A DNA stretch of 61,630 bases, the filler included. It is 6 parts of 6 records of this genome, joined end to end, with 100 filler letters (N's around TTAATTAATTAA, not from the genome) between each part and the next. Parts side by side here need not be neighbours in the genome. Positions count along the whole stretch, not along the records: positions 9,218 to 22,369 come from DRR723986_13755; positions 22,470 to 29,866 come from DRR723986_13831; 4 more parts are not named here. One strand, given 5' to 3'. Below the pieces are notes generated by a model. That model made no database searches. It saw nothing but the letters and a program-made list of their open reading frames with translations, and was not told the origin of the DNA. The position numbers and the translations under genes are program-made. Of this stretch, positions 12,724 through 22,803 are shown one piece after another (the first letter of the stretch is position 1; every line of letters begins with the position of its first letter).

Positions 12724-14517
12724 ATGCCCAATCAACGCGTGATCCACACATTACTGGCGGCATGCTGCCTGATGATGTTGTATTCTACGACTGAGTTAAG
12801 CGCCCAGCCCTACTGGGAGCGCGCCGCCGGCGGACGCATGCTGGACAATGCCCACAAAGTTATCACATCTCCCTTGTTTGAATTTGGCCCAATGCAAATT
12901 GGTGGCACCAAATCTTACGGTCAGGCAAACGTATCCAGCCCACCGAACGTGTACATCTCCGCGTTTACACCAGATGGAGTATTGCAGCAGGACTGGGTCT
13001 TTGAAGCCCAATCCTGGGACGTGGATTATTCTATAGCGAACGTCTCCAACGCCAGTACCGGCGATTTTGTGTGGACGACGGGTGTGTTAAACAGTGTGAC
13101 CGGCTCTTACGACCTGGTGGTTGTGCGCTACAGTATTTTTACCGGCACCGTTTGGGTAACCGCAATTGGTGGCCTTGACGCCGACGGCGGTACGTCAATC
13201 ATCGAACTTTCTGAGTCCGACGGCGGTGACTTTATCGTTGCAGGTGTTACCGAAAGTTTTGGCGTTGGCGCGCGCGACGGTATGCTCGTACGCCTGGACA
13301 GAGACAACGGCTCAATTGTTTGGGGACGCGCCTATGGTGGCTCACAAAATGACGAGCTGTACGCTGTTAAACAGGCCCTTTTCACCGAAGAAAACAACTC
13401 ATTGTACGCTGTCGGTTTTTCCAATAGTTTCACCGCAACTGGCAATGATGACGTCTGGTTGTTAAATGTAGATGTTAATACCGGTAATGTGATTTTCACC
13501 AACACCTATGGTGGTGACCTGAACGAACGTGCCTACAACCTCTTGTTGCAGCAGGATGATGAGTTTGGAACAGTCGTAAGCATGGTTGGTGAGACCTTCA
13601 CGTATGCAGACAGACTCTCAAATGCATACGTCGTTCGTACCGAGGAAAACGGCAATCAAATCTGGCAACGGTCCTATGATCTCTGGGGCGCAAATGGCTG
13701 GGACGTCGCCTACGACCTAACCGAGAGCCTGCAGTACGGTCCCAGTAATATGGTCGTAGTTGGCCAGAGCAACAATTCACTCAACGCACCGCGTGGCGAA
13801 GGTTTTGCGCTTGAAATCGACAACAACGGCGATGTTAACTCGATTAGCCGTGTCTATGGCGGCGGTGACTATGAGACCCTGCGTTCGATTACACAGCAGA
13901 ATCCCGAAACAGGCCAGGAAGGCTATTACATTGTTGGCCACACACAAAGTTATGGATTCGGTGCAGGTGATCAGTACATCCTCAGTGCCGACGTAACGCT
14001 CTCAACCGGTATTGACACTGACGGCAACGAGTGTGCTCCCGAAGTAGATGTTGATATTCGCGACGGCGAGGAATTTCAGGAAGTGCGCGTGGAAGAAACT
14101 GAAATTGAGCAGATAGAATTTGAAATGCGCGACCCACAGGAAGGCGGTAATTACCTTGAGATTTGTAATTCTGAAGGTTTTAAGAGTTTCGAGACTCCTG
14201 AAAAGGACAACTCGCTCAATGTTAATGATGCCCTCGAACGCCAGGGCGCAGACCTTAACAACGCACTGAAGGTCATTCCGCAGCCCAACCCACTCAAAGT
14301 TGGCACACCGTTAACATTGCGGTTCGCGGGCGAACAACAGCAAGCTCTCACGGTGGTCATCAGTGATGTAATGGGCCGTGTTCTGACACGCCAGGAACTC
14401 AGCGCCAAGACATCAATCACAAGTATTGACACCACGGACTGGCCAGTCGGCAGCTACACAGTATCAGTTAGCGGCGGCGAACAAACAAGCACCAGCCGGA
14501 TAGTACTGCACGACTGA
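12724..14517 (+). CDS. Secreted beta-propeller-like protein with C-terminal T9SS (Por) sorting domain
   Basis: Signal peptide ending LSA-Q; repeated W/FxxxYGGxxxD/E motifs; tail PQPNP...ISDVMGRVL...GSYTVSV typical of a type A CTD. Confidence 0.8.
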   Translation: MPNQRVIHTLLAACCLMMLYSTTELSAQPYWERAAGGRMLDNAHKVITSPLFEFGPMQIGGTKSYGQANVSSPPNVYISAFTPDGVLQQDWVFEAQSWDVDYSIANVSNASTGDFVWTTGVLNSVTGSYDLVVVRYSIFTGTVWVTAIGGLDADGGTSIIELSESDGGDFIVAGVTESFGVGARDGMLVRLDRDNGSIVWGRAYGGSQNDELYAVKQALFTEENNSLYAVGFSNSFTATGNDDVWLLNVDVNTGNVIFTNTYGGDLNERAYNLLLQQDDEFGTVVSMVGETFTYADRLSNAYVVRTEENGNQIWQRSYDLWGANGWDVAYDLTESLQYGPSNMVVVGQSNNSLNAPRGEGFALEIDNNGDVNSISRVYGGGDYETLRSITQQNPETGQEGYYIVGHTQSYGFGAGDQYILSADVTLSTGIDTDGNECAPEVDVDIRDGEEFQEVRVEETEIEQIEFEMRDPQEGGNYLEICNSEGFKSFETPEKDNSLNVNDALERQGADLNNALKVIPQPNPLKVGTPLTLRFAGEQQQALTVVISDVMGRVLTRQELSAKTSITSIDTTDWPVGSYTVSVSGGEQTSTSRIVLHD

Positions 14518-14588
14518 TACCCAGACTGCAGATACTAAACACTATACATTTTAACACTACACTAATTTTCACATAGAGAGAATACAAA

Positions 14589-16088
14589 ATGCGATACAAT
14601 TCAAAACTGTGCATTAAACTTTCGGGAGTGATAGCCTGTGCTGCACTGCTCGCGGTTGGCACTGTCCAAGCTCAACCATGGGAACGCGCACTTGGCGGCT
14701 TCCAGCAGGAAAATGCTTTCGACGTAATTACCAGTCAACAATTCGATGGTACCTTTCAGGTTGGTGGAACCTGGACCTATGGTAGCTCCTTTAACCCCAA
14801 TCCACCCAATATGTATGTGACACAAATTACCGCTGACGGTAGTACAGCACAAGGTGTCGCCTACGAAGTTAACGGCTGGGACCGCGACGCCGACGTACTG
14901 GAAATCGACGATCAAATTATTTGGACGAGCGGTGTATTTAACCAAAACACTGGGAGTTTTGATCTCGCTGTCGTCAGCAGTACAATTGACGGCGCAATCA
15001 ACTGGACCGCCTGGTTTGGTGGATTCCAGCCGGATGGCGGTACTGGAATTATCGCTACTCAGGATGGCGAGATCATTGTCTGCGGTTTTGTAGAGAGCAA
15101 CACGTTCGGTGGTCGTGATGGTTTTCTGGCCAATATTGCACTAGATGGAACCGTTAACTGGGCGTTCAACTACGGCGGCAGCGCTAACGACGAACTCTGG
15201 GCTGTCCAGGAATCACTGGATGGCAGCGGTACGTTGTACGCAGTGGGTTACTCAAATGATCCAGCCGGCGCCGGCGGCGATGACTTTTGGCTTCTGGCGG
15301 TTGATAATGCAGGCGGCATTCAGTTTTCCAACCTGTATGGTGGGCCACTTAACGATCGCGCCTTTGACCTCCTGTTAAACAGTGCCATCTGTGAACCGGA
15401 AGACCAGTTCTTAACAATTGTGGGTGAAACCTACAGTTTTGGCGGCATTAACAATGACATCATGGTGTTGCGCACACTTCCCACTCCGAATACTCTGCCA
15501 CTCTGGATTTTCGCCTATGAAATTTACACCGCCGGCAGCTGGGATGTTGCATACGCAATTACTGATGGACTCTCCGATTTAGAGTCAAACTTCGTAATTA
15601 GTGGCCAGACAAATTCACAGCCAGGCACAATTGACGCGCGCGGCCAGGGGTTTGCAATGGAAATTGGACCAGCCGGTGGACTGCCGTTCTGGACTAACAC
15701 CTATGGCGGCAACGATTACGAAACACTGCGCGGTCTAAGCACGTTTAGTGACGGCTACTATTCTGTTGGCCAGACCTTAACCTATGGCGCCGGTGGAGGT
15801 GATCAATATGTATTGTCACTTAACCTCGGTGGCGGAACGGGAACACGCTTCGGCACGGAATGTGCGGAACTGCAGTTCCCCAATTTCGTGGCAACCAATG
15901 CACTTTCAATATTTGATATTGCGCAGCAGAACTACGCGAAGGTCGAAGGCCCCGAGATTATAGTTACTAACGAAGTCACGATTCGTGAAATTTGCTCACC
16001 TGGTTTGGCGCCACCGCCACCGTTCCAAAACCCTGCTACTTTGGAGCGCACCTACGAACAAAACAACACACCTGCCGACTCTCGTTAA
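14589..16088 (+). CDS. Secreted beta-propeller-like protein, tandem paralog of 12724-14517 lacking the T9SS tail
   Basis: Colinear blocks with the upstream gene (WERALGG/WERAAGG, YGGSANDEL/YGGSQNDEL, YGGNDYETLR/YGGGDYETLR, GDQYVLS/GDQYILS, ECA, EIC). Confidence 0.8.
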   Translation: MRYNSKLCIKLSGVIACAALLAVGTVQAQPWERALGGFQQENAFDVITSQQFDGTFQVGGTWTYGSSFNPNPPNMYVTQITADGSTAQGVAYEVNGWDRDADVLEIDDQIIWTSGVFNQNTGSFDLAVVSSTIDGAINWTAWFGGFQPDGGTGIIATQDGEIIVCGFVESNTFGGRDGFLANIALDGTVNWAFNYGGSANDELWAVQESLDGSGTLYAVGYSNDPAGAGGDDFWLLAVDNAGGIQFSNLYGGPLNDRAFDLLLNSAICEPEDQFLTIVGETYSFGGINNDIMVLRTLPTPNTLPLWIFAYEIYTAGSWDVAYAITDGLSDLESNFVISGQTNSQPGTIDARGQGFAMEIGPAGGLPFWTNTYGGNDYETLRGLSTFSDGYYSVGQTLTYGAGGGDQYVLSLNLGGGTGTRFGTECAELQFPNFVATNALSIFDIAQQNYAKVEGPEIIVTNEVTIREICSPGLAPPPPFQNPATLERTYEQNNTPADSR

Positions 16089-16118
16089 CACTTACAGTTA
16101 GCCGCTTATTTAACTTTC

Positions 16119-16152
16119 ACTCCACCGGCATTTTGTCGGTGGAGTTTTTTTT
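16119..16152 (+). terminator. Rho-independent terminator
   Basis: ACTCCACCGGCA-TTT-TGTCGGTGGAGT followed by a T-tract. Confidence 0.85.
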
Positions 16153-16217
16153 ATTTGTATCGTTTGTGGCTAATCTCTAGCCGATAATTGTCTGGGCAAT
16201 GTGGGCATTAAAGCAGG

Positions 16218-16272
16218 TTGCAGCGCCCCTGCCACTGCGTTTGGTGGCTTGCCTTTTGAGTTTCTTGTTAGT
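16218..16272 (+). repeat. 55-bp intergenic repeat, copy B
   Basis: TTGCAGCGCCCCTGCCACTGCGTTTGGTGGCTTGCCTTTTGAGTTTCTTGTTAGT; internal GCCAC/GTGGC stem. Confidence 0.85.
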
Positions 16273-16860
16273 TTTTGGCTCAAAAGTTTGCGGCCACTGT
16301 ACGAATTAACACCTGCAGTTCATTGCCAAACAAAATAATCATAAAGCGAGCCGGAAGCGACAAGCGAATGGCGCTGCAATGTTTTGCTTTACCCGGCACT
16401 ACTCCCATAAACACTGGACTGCGCAAGCCCTGGAGACGAAGTAATAATACAGTTAAGTCATAAGTCTGGAACGTTAGCCACTATTGTTTGCACGATTTAG
16501 CACAGCAATTCAGCTTCGGAATAGGCGGGTTAAAAGCAAAGAACCAGCCTCCAGTGTTTAACACAAAACACAGGCAATCGCACACGCCCAAATACGGGCA
16601 TGTGAATGCGGGAAGCATACGCAGATATTTCTAGCACAAGCCACAAAGACAGCACAAAAACGTATTTGTAACACGGTTTCCTATATTATTTTGAACACTG
16701 TGTGTAGAACTAAGCTTAAGCTTGTGGAACGCTACATTGTCTGGGAGCATTCGCAATTGGCGCGCGTAAAAACTGAGCCGTCAATCGTTGGATATTTCAC
16801 AAACTCTTCCGATATTGCGGTCCCACGGCTGAATGTAACATCACTTTAATACGTTCTATT

Positions 16861-17571
16861 ATGCAACGACTATTACTTCTTGTTTTCGTCTGTTTCACGC
16901 TATTGTCGACTACCTTATTGGCCCAGGATGACACGCGCATGCGTGGCGGTGCCGGAGGTTTTTCGATCGCTTTTGGCAAGTTCGATGTAGAAGACTTACA
17001 GGTGTTTCTACCGTCCGATTTTCCGGAGTTAAGTGACAACTTCACAATTTTCGGCGGCGGCGGTTATGCTTATTACAACAACTTTCTGATTGGTGGCTCC
17101 GGTCAGGGAATGATAGGTAAAGAGGAGTCGACAGATAGCCTGACGGCGCGCATCAATGCTGGAATGGGCTTTTTTAATCTTGGCTACCTGCTGGTTAACA
17201 ATGCCGACTTCCGTGTCTACCCAATGCTTGGTTTAGGTTTTGGCGGCTTAACTCTGGAACTGGCCGAAAACGGCGTTTTGACTCCGGAAGGCATTGTTGA
17301 CAAACCGGGCAACGAAACACATATCAGTCAGGGTGGGTTGATGTTTGATGTTTCCGCCACTGTTGAGTTTAACCTTTTCAATGAAGCACGCCCCAACGGC
17401 AGATCGGGCGGAATGATGCTGGGCCTGACGGCCGGCTATTTGTTAAGTCCCAAATCGAACGACTGGTCCTATTCCGGTGGCGAAATCAACGGCGGCCCCG
17501 ATTTTGGCATAAGTGGCTTTTATGCCAGGCTAAGCATCGGCGGATTTGGCTACAACGGCGCTCAAGAGTAA
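16861..17571 (+). CDS. Secreted protein, probable small outer-membrane beta-barrel
   Basis: Signal peptide (LLA-Q); Gly/aromatic-rich alternating strands (GGGGYAYY, GFFNLGYL, GLTAGYL, GFYARLSIGGF). Confidence 0.6.
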   Translation: MQRLLLLVFVCFTLLSTTLLAQDDTRMRGGAGGFSIAFGKFDVEDLQVFLPSDFPELSDNFTIFGGGGYAYYNNFLIGGSGQGMIGKEESTDSLTARINAGMGFFNLGYLLVNNADFRVYPMLGLGFGGLTLELAENGVLTPEGIVDKPGNETHISQGGLMFDVSATVEFNLFNEARPNGRSGGMMLGLTAGYLLSPKSNDWSYSGGEINGGPDFGISGFYARLSIGGFGYNGAQE

Positions 17572-17578
17572 CGCCATA

Positions 17579-17634
17579 TAACTGTAGAACCGGTGGAACT
17601 GAGCTTTAGTCTGCCACCGGTTCTCCTGTAGTTA
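17579..17634. terminator. Long inverted repeat between convergent genes (terminator-like)
   Basis: AGAACCGGTGG (17586-17596) pairs with CCACCGGTTCT (17614-17624); imperfect outer extension. Confidence 0.55.
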
Positions 17635-17896
17635 AGCACATTCCAGAGCAATTGTTGATTTATGTAACAAGAGTTGCTCCTGAATCGGGCTTTTTATTTG
17701 GTGGTGTTAAACATACCAAAAACGCATTGGCCCAGACCTGAGCGGTTCCGGACCAATGCGTTCAATGTTTTCCACAATATTTAATTAAGCCAGAGCTGCA
17801 ATGTGACTCCACCGCTCAACATCAGAGCCAGCGGAAGTTCAAAACATATCGGTTTAATGCACGGAGACAGCGAGCTCCTAACTCATACTGAATAAC

Positions 17897-19162
17897 TCAG
17901 GGATTAAACGAATCGTTTCGGTATTCCTTGATCACATTTGGCCCCTTTCCAGGGTAATCAGAACCATTGAGAGCAACATACACAGCGCCTGTATGTGGAT
18001 TTGAACAAATATCCCTAATTCGCTCATTAAGATGTGAAAGATACTGTTCATTTCTAGTGACGCTCATACCATCATCACTCAAGTGCAATACCCCCATCTG
18101 TTTATGGGTGCCGCGCATGCCACCCAATACGGCCACCAAGACAGAATTGCGCCACTCAGGGATGGCAGGGTGATCGTAGTATTCAATGCCGGAGACTCCC
18201 ATGGATGGCAACCACTCCATAACAGGTTGCATTACATTGTTTTTATTACAGTATTCCAACTCATTTTCCGCATCACACAAACCCTCAACAAATGGCCATC
18301 CATAGTTCCTGTTTGGCAAGATGATATTAAACTCATCGTTGTGTGATGCGCCATGCTCCGAACTGTAAATGATGTTGTGCCTTCCAATTGTTAAACCCTG
18401 AGGATTCCGATGGCCGTAACTATAAACATAACTATTGGGAATAGGATTGTCCTCTGGAATGGATCCATCCAGGTTTATCCTGAGAATTTTTCCATTCAAA
18501 GATTCGAGATTTTGCGCCGTTTCCTCACGCAAGCCAACTTCGCCGGTACTCATCAACAATTTACCGTCAGGCGCTACAACTAAGCGCGAACCGTTATGCC
18601 ATCCCGATGCTCCAAATTCGAGCAGAACCTTCTCATTAGCCAAACTTGTTTCGTTCCAATCAAATACACTTAAGCGCTCCCTGCCGGTTCCTTCTTTGTA
18701 CTGCCCAATGGTATAGACGATATATACTTTGCGGTTTTCATTCCATTCAGGATGATGCACCAGACCAAACATGCCCCGTTCAGCACCATCGACCACTTCG
18801 GGATGTTCCAGTGCAACTATAAACTCCCCTGACTGCGGGTCTACATGTAATACTCTGCCGCCACGCTCAGTGACCCAGATATGGTCATCGGGGCCCCAGG
18901 AAATGTCCCACGGCAGATTGATCCCGGATACGAGGTCTCTTTCAGTCAAAGTCGTATTGTCCAATTTCAAAGAATTTGTTCTTTGAAGAGAGTCACCCTT
19001 CTCAGTTGATTCCTCTGTTAACTGTTCGGACACTTCCTCTGACTGGCCACAGCTATTCAGAGTTGTTAACACAATAAGTACAACTAAACAATACAGCAAT
19101 CTTTGCAAGTTTGCACTTAACTCAACAAGTTGTTGTAGTCTATTGGCAAACACGCTGTTCAT
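17897..19162 (-). CDS. PQQ-dependent sugar dehydrogenase (GSDH / soluble GDH-YliI family), probable lipoprotein
   Basis: PWDISWGPD, HNGSRL, GKILRINLDGSIPEDNP, GHRNPQGL, SEHG, NYGWP, RIRDI; lipobox-like LNSC. Start uncertain. Confidence 0.88.
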   Translation of the reverse strand: MNSVFANRLQQLVELSANLQRLLYCLVVLIVLTTLNSCGQSEEVSEQLTEESTEKGDSLQRTNSLKLDNTTLTERDLVSGINLPWDISWGPDDHIWVTERGGRVLHVDPQSGEFIVALEHPEVVDGAERGMFGLVHHPEWNENRKVYIVYTIGQYKEGTGRERLSVFDWNETSLANEKVLLEFGASGWHNGSRLVVAPDGKLLMSTGEVGLREETAQNLESLNGKILRINLDGSIPEDNPIPNSYVYSYGHRNPQGLTIGRHNIIYSSEHGASHNDEFNIILPNRNYGWPFVEGLCDAENELEYCNKNNVMQPVMEWLPSMGVSGIEYYDHPAIPEWRNSVLVAVLGGMRGTHKQMGVLHLSDDGMSVTRNEQYLSHLNERIRDICSNPHTGAVYVALNGSDYPGKGPNVIKEYRNDSFNP

Positions 19163-19443
19163 TGCTGACGATTTTTCAGATACCAGACACCACATACTCT
19201 ATCCTTGTCAATGAATTGGAATTGGCATTCCATGTTCAAGAAATCACAATCTATTGTTTATTGGCGTTGGCACACAGCAATTAACACAGAAACATAATTT
19301 GCTCGCACACTTCATTTATGGATATGTGAGTTCAACCTTCCTTAAGATGTTAGCATTCATAATTTGTGTATCACATCACAATCAAAACAGACTCATACGG
19401 TGTGACACACACTTATTTTTTTGGCTCAGAACTTGGACGATAA

Positions 19444-21480
19444 TTACAAGGTCATCCGCACACCGCCAAAGATATTCACAGCGGGAGCGGGTTCATAATA
19501 TCTACCGCCAAATGCATTGATGCGTATGTTGTCATTATACTTTGTGTCAAAAACATTGTTAACACCTACAAAAGGCGCAACAACGAGACTTCCCGAGCTG
19601 TACTTGTAGCCCAGGTTGACGTTCACAACAGCATAGTCATCATCGTTGATTGTATTGGAATCATTTACAAACAAGGCACCAATGTAGTTTACTTGCACCT
19701 GCATGTTAATTCCAGTTTCAGTGTAATAAGCGAGAGATAGCGAAGCCAAATGCTCTGGGATGCCCGGTAAATGGTTGTCCTCAAAATCACCAGATGGTGT
19801 TTCAAAAGAGGAGTACTTAAAATCAGAGAAGGTGTAGCTTGTTCTAACGCTTACACTTTGGAATAATTCTTGTGTATGCGCAAGTTCTATTCCTTTGCGA
19901 TTGCTACCTCCGGCATTTCTGAAGAATGTTCTGTCCGGAAATGCTTCCAATTCAAAAGGAACTAAATCATTGTCCGTTTTCACATAGAACAATACAACTT
20001 CAGAACGCCTGTTTTCACCTTCCAGTTTATAGCCAACTTCAAAGTTATGCGCGTTCTGTGCTTTTAGACTTTCATTAAATCCACCTTCTCCGGAAGGGTT
20101 CGCAGATAACTCACTTAGAGCCGGCGTTTCAAAACTTGTTGAATAACTGGAAAAGATGTACTGTTGATTGCTTAGGCCGTAACTAAGACTCAAACTTGGG
20201 TTTATGGAGTTCAGAGTAATATCACCAGAATCATCACCATTCGCTAAAAACAAGTCTTTGGCTTTCAGGTCATCCCTGTCAAATCGTATCCCCGCTCTAA
20301 TCAAAAAATCCCCTATTGACAAATGGTCCAGAGCATATATTCCCATAGTTGTAAAAGACTCCGTCTGCTCCAGGGTTTTATCGCCTTGAAGACCTTCTAA
20401 ATTTCGGAAGCGCAACCGTTGATCAATCTGAAAGGCAAAGTCATAACCAAATCGCACGGTATTTTGCAGGTTGGCAAAGTTCTGGTGGAAGGTTAGCCCA
20501 GCGCCATTTCCGAAATAGTTTCGGTCTAACTCTACAATGCCACCAAACTCAAACGGTAGTAATCCATTAAAATCTCTGTACGAATAAAATCCATAGGTGT
20601 TAAAAGTGACGTCATCCCATTCATACACAAACTGCATTCCCGTCTTAAACTGGCGGATAGTTTCACCGGCCTCAAAATCCACGTTGCGTTGTCTTGCTTG
20701 TTGCCTTTCACTGTTTAACTCTTCGAGAGTCAGTCCCCCCGAATCATCGGCAAACGGGCTATCGGTGTAATTTAAGTGCAGGTTCAGTTTGGAAAAATCG
20801 GAAACCTGGTGAACGGCTCTCAAGTTAAAATTGTAGCTCTCAAAGCCGCTTTTGCGTCTATAACCATCGGTCGTAACTCGATTTCCTTGAAATATGAAAT
20901 AATTCTGATCAGTCTGCAATCCAACTGTTGCCTGATACTGCTGCATGTTGTAATTGCCAAGCGTAATTCCTGCTTTGACAAAATCCTTTTCAATCTTGTC
21001 CATCGTATTTATGCTAATCACACCACCCGATGCATTGCCATACAGGGTTGATGCCGGCCCCCTGATTATTTCAATATTTTTAATGATGCCTAAATTGAGG
21101 TTGTCAATTTGTCCTTGCCCGTCGGGCGTTGTCTCCGGAATACCATCGACGAGAATCTTAACACCTCTGATCCCAAATGCTGATCTTGCGCCAAACCCCC
21201 GAATTGAAACGCGAAGGTCTTGTGAGAAGTTATTTGCATTCAGAGCAAATAGCCCAGGCACATTGCTCAAATATTCGTTAAACGAAAGTTGCTGCCGCAT
21301 ATCCTGACTCGGCTGCACGTCCTGGTACGTAACTGAGAGAGGGAGCCGAACCTCGTTTTCTGGAATACGCGAAGCACTAACTGTTACCGAATCGACCCTT
21401 ATTATTTGAACGCTGTCTTCCTGCGCCAAAACACTCAATGAGGAAAAAAGCAGAAAAAGAACGATTAATGCAATTTTCAT
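19444..21480 (-). CDS. TonB-dependent receptor, YncD/PqqU (PQQ uptake)-like
   Basis: Plug NFSQDLRVSIRGFGARSAFGIRGVKILVDGIPETTPDGQGQ, RGPASTLYGNASGGVI, SFETPALSEL and C-terminal GRYYEPAP resemble E. coli YncD; signal peptide from ATG 21480. Confidence 0.85.
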   Translation of the reverse strand: MKIALIVLFLLFSSLSVLAQEDSVQIIRVDSVTVSASRIPENEVRLPLSVTYQDVQPSQDMRQQLSFNEYLSNVPGLFALNANNFSQDLRVSIRGFGARSAFGIRGVKILVDGIPETTPDGQGQIDNLNLGIIKNIEIIRGPASTLYGNASGGVISINTMDKIEKDFVKAGITLGNYNMQQYQATVGLQTDQNYFIFQGNRVTTDGYRRKSGFESYNFNLRAVHQVSDFSKLNLHLNYTDSPFADDSGGLTLEELNSERQQARQRNVDFEAGETIRQFKTGMQFVYEWDDVTFNTYGFYSYRDFNGLLPFEFGGIVELDRNYFGNGAGLTFHQNFANLQNTVRFGYDFAFQIDQRLRFRNLEGLQGDKTLEQTESFTTMGIYALDHLSIGDFLIRAGIRFDRDDLKAKDLFLANGDDSGDITLNSINPSLSLSYGLSNQQYIFSSYSTSFETPALSELSANPSGEGGFNESLKAQNAHNFEVGYKLEGENRRSEVVLFYVKTDNDLVPFELEAFPDRTFFRNAGGSNRKGIELAHTQELFQSVSVRTSYTFSDFKYSSFETPSGDFEDNHLPGIPEHLASLSLAYYTETGINMQVQVNYIGALFVNDSNTINDDDYAVVNVNLGYKYSSGSLVVAPFVGVNNVFDTKYNDNIRINAFGGRYYEPAPAVNIFGGVRMTL

Positions 21481-22369
21481 ATTACAACTCGGAATCGGCA
21501 AGCGGGGATTGAATCTAGGCATTTAGAATATTTGTCGATGATGATAATGTTTCTCCAATATTTGGATTACAACAAGTTCTCAAGGCATTCTCACTGAATT
21601 AAACGGGAGCAGAGTATTTTTCAGTGAACCGCAAGCAGGACTGTCGTCGCACAACACAGACAGTTTCATCGTTGCCAACGTGAAAATCGCAAGTCCTTAC
21701 GGTTGAATTGCGCAATAGATTCAATTAATCATTTTTTTGTGGATCTCGCACCGTTACCTGGAATTAGTCAATCGTCACACTTCCCGGCCAGGCCGCACCA
21801 CTGCGCCAATTCAGGCGGTTTATACCTCGTGATCCGTTCCAAAAAACAATTACGCAGTCCCAGGATAATAGCCAATAGTATTCGTAGGCTAGCCTTCGAA
21901 AAACACGGCGTCACTCTGACACTTCTTTTCAGTGATTAGGGCTTTTCTTCTGCGCATTTTTGCCGGAAGTCAGTGGCGGAGTGTTGCGGAATAGGAGGTT
22001 TGCCTTGTGGTGAGCGCGGGAACTGTTATCGCAGCGCAGCGCGGTGTACGACACACACCGCGTCCCCTAATCCTCTACAAAAAGGATTATCAAACAATTA
22101 GCCACAAGTCACTGACGTTAACGGCTAAGTCAGTCTGTTAACAGTTTAAATAGAAATAGATAAGTCTTTCCCCGCTCTCACGCAGCCTCAACCCCCTCAA
22201 CCTCAAGTCTCAAGCCTGCACAGCGCGCACGCTGGCCACTACGGGCACGGCCATGCCCCCTGCCTTGCGGGCCGCATCCGCACTGTGGCTGCCGCCGCAC
22301 CAATTAACATTTTAGTCTGAAGTATTTGTATCCGCTTTCGCGCATCGCTGTTACATAATGTGGCCTTAT

Positions 22370-22469
22370 NNNNNNNNNNNNNNNNNNNNNNNNNNNNNNN
22401 NNNNNNNNNNNNNTTAATTAATTAANNNNNNNNNNNNNNNNNNNNNNNNNNNNNNNNNNNNNNNNNNNN
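22370..22469. other. Artificial contig spacer
   Basis: N44-TTAATTAATTAA-N44. Confidence 0.98.
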
Positions 22470-22517
22470 GTGCAAAAGCTTTGAGCCGGTGATGTATGAC
22501 GTCGCCGAGAGCTTCAA

Positions 22518-22796
22518 TTGAGCGAGAGTGGGGACACGCTGAGCGCGGAACTGCGCCAGTTGCGCGAAGAGGTGGCCGTGATCAACCGGCACCGTCTGTT
22601 CACCTCGCAAAGCACGGTGGGGCGGATGCTGGCGCTGAGTTTCGGGCGTGGGCTGGCCTTCGGGTTCGGGTCTGTCATCGGTGCATCTTTTCTGGTGTCG
22701 GCGGTGGTCTATTCGCTAAGTCAGATCGACTTCATCCCGGTGATCGGGGAATGGGCGGCGCGAATTGCGCAAGAGATTCAGGGTGGTCAACAATAG
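22518..22796 (+). CDS. Small membrane protein, DUF5665-like
   Basis: RGLAFGFGSVIGASFLVS...IDFIPVIGEW. TTG start overlaps the stop of a truncated upstream ORF (CKSFEPVMYDVAESFN*, 22471-22521). Confidence 0.7.
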   Translation: MSESGDTLSAELRQLREEVAVINRHRLFTSQSTVGRMLALSFGRGLAFGFGSVIGASFLVSAVVYSLSQIDFIPVIGEWAARIAQEIQGGQQ

Positions 22797-22803
22797 GCCG
22801 CTG

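Noticed and set aside
11791-12747. Short ORFs in the intergenic region upstream of the propeller genes
   Set aside because: They overlap in several frames, and have no RBS, signal or family motif and atypical composition.
16020-16160. Frameshift hiding a T9SS tail of the second paralog
   Set aside because: A strong terminator follows 30 nt after the stop, and no CTD-like sequence was seen downstream.
19365-19380. CRP-like site TGTGT-N6-TCACA upstream of the PQQ dehydrogenase
   Set aside because: A single imperfect match in AT-rich DNA, in a lineage where a canonical CRP regulon cannot be assumed.
21523-22369. Possible riboswitch upstream of the TonB-dependent receptor
   Set aside because: No cobalamin, TPP or FMN consensus elements were recognisable on the minus strand. 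An Rfam scan would be needed.
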